DNA of 64,000 nt from Squalus acanthias (lineage: Eukaryota), in the NCBI GenBank assembly GCA_030390025.1, contig CM059431.1, forward strand, positions 143,904,001 to 143,968,000. The letters are read 5' to 3'. Shown piece after piece: positions 63,379 through 64,000 of the stretch. The notes under the pieces were generated by a model, which saw nothing but the letters and a program-made list of their open reading frames with translations, was not told the DNA's origin and made no database searches. Positions within the stretch are counted from its first letter, which is position 1, and every line of letters begins with the position of its first letter. A program made the translations under genes and the position numbers.

Positions 63379-64000
63379 ATATATCAACAGAGAACTTGGA
63401 AAACAGGTAAATCATGCTTGACTAATCTACTGGAATTTTTTGAGGATGTAACTGGTAGAATAGATAAGGGAGAACAAGTGGATATGGAGTATTTGGACTT
63501 TCAGAAGGCTTTCGATAATGCCCCGCATAAGAGATTAGCGTGCAAAGTTAAATCACACGGGATTGGGGGTAAGGTATTGTCTTGGATACAGAACAGGTTT
63601 GCAGACAGGAAGCAAAGAGTTGGAATAACCGATCTTTTTCCCGAGTGGCAGGAAGTGACTAGTGGGGTACCGAAAGGATCGGTGCTAGGACCTCAGCTAT
63701 TCACAATATATATAAATGATCTAGATGAGGCAACTAGATATAATATCTTCAAGTTTGAAGACGACACAAAGCTGGGTGGGAGTGTATGCTGTGAGGAGGA
63801 TGCAGACAAACTCCAGCATGATTTAGAGAGTTTGAATGATTGAGCAGAGGCATGGAAAATGCAGTATAATGAGGATAAATGCGAGGTTATCCACTTCGGT
63901 GGCAAAAAGAGGAGGAGAGATTATAATCTGAATGTCAACAGATTGGGAAAAGGGGAAGTGCAACGAGACCTGGGTGTTCTTGTGCACCAGTCGCTGAAGG
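63379..64000 (+). mobile_element. Second CR1 copy with the same 5' truncation; runs off the window
   Basis: Starts gatatatcaacagagaacttggaaaacaggtaaatcatgc, compared with gatgtatcggcagagaactaggaaaacaggtaaatcatgc at 60780. Confidence 0.9.

Noticed and set aside
52557..63387. Dozens of ORFs up to 406 aa (HCETPYTPGRILI, YQDPARCVWGFTV and similar), faintly like zinc-finger linkers
   Set aside because: Translations of a 39-bp satellite that is stop-poor in several frames; no C2H2 spacing; frequent indels.

Overview
Repeat-dense vertebrate genomic DNA, most likely from a cartilaginous fish (inferred from Deu-domain SINEs, CR1 tails, a GPR139-like gene and an NLR-type CARD gene). The main element is a full-length but decayed 12.1-kb provirus on the minus strand (12763-24844). 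It has ~1.2-kb LTRs, an 18-nt tRNA-Arg(TCG) primer site, and a coiled-coil/zinc-knuckle gag separated from pol by an in-frame TGA. Pol carries a dead Ty3/Gypsy-type RNase H (tether) followed by an intact second RNase H. The apparently spliced env has a signal peptide, an apparent Ig-like module and an F-protein-like fusion body. This architecture resembles lokiretroviruses, the sister lineage to known retroviruses. The 3' end of a second, related provirus occupies 1-1972 (+). The window also holds: a Harbinger transposase relic; a GPR139-like pseudogene; a small Gypsy element with no tRNA PBS but an LTR-complementary primer-site sequence; many CR1/L2/other LINE pieces; a Penelope fragment with a hammerhead ribozyme motif; a 4x ~1.3-kb tandem array resembling a promoter plus first exon; four in-phase 5' exons of a CARD/NLR-type gene; and several minisatellites (67, 26, 21, 51, 39 bp) that account for most of the spurious ORFs. 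All calls are from visual reading only; no database searches were run.
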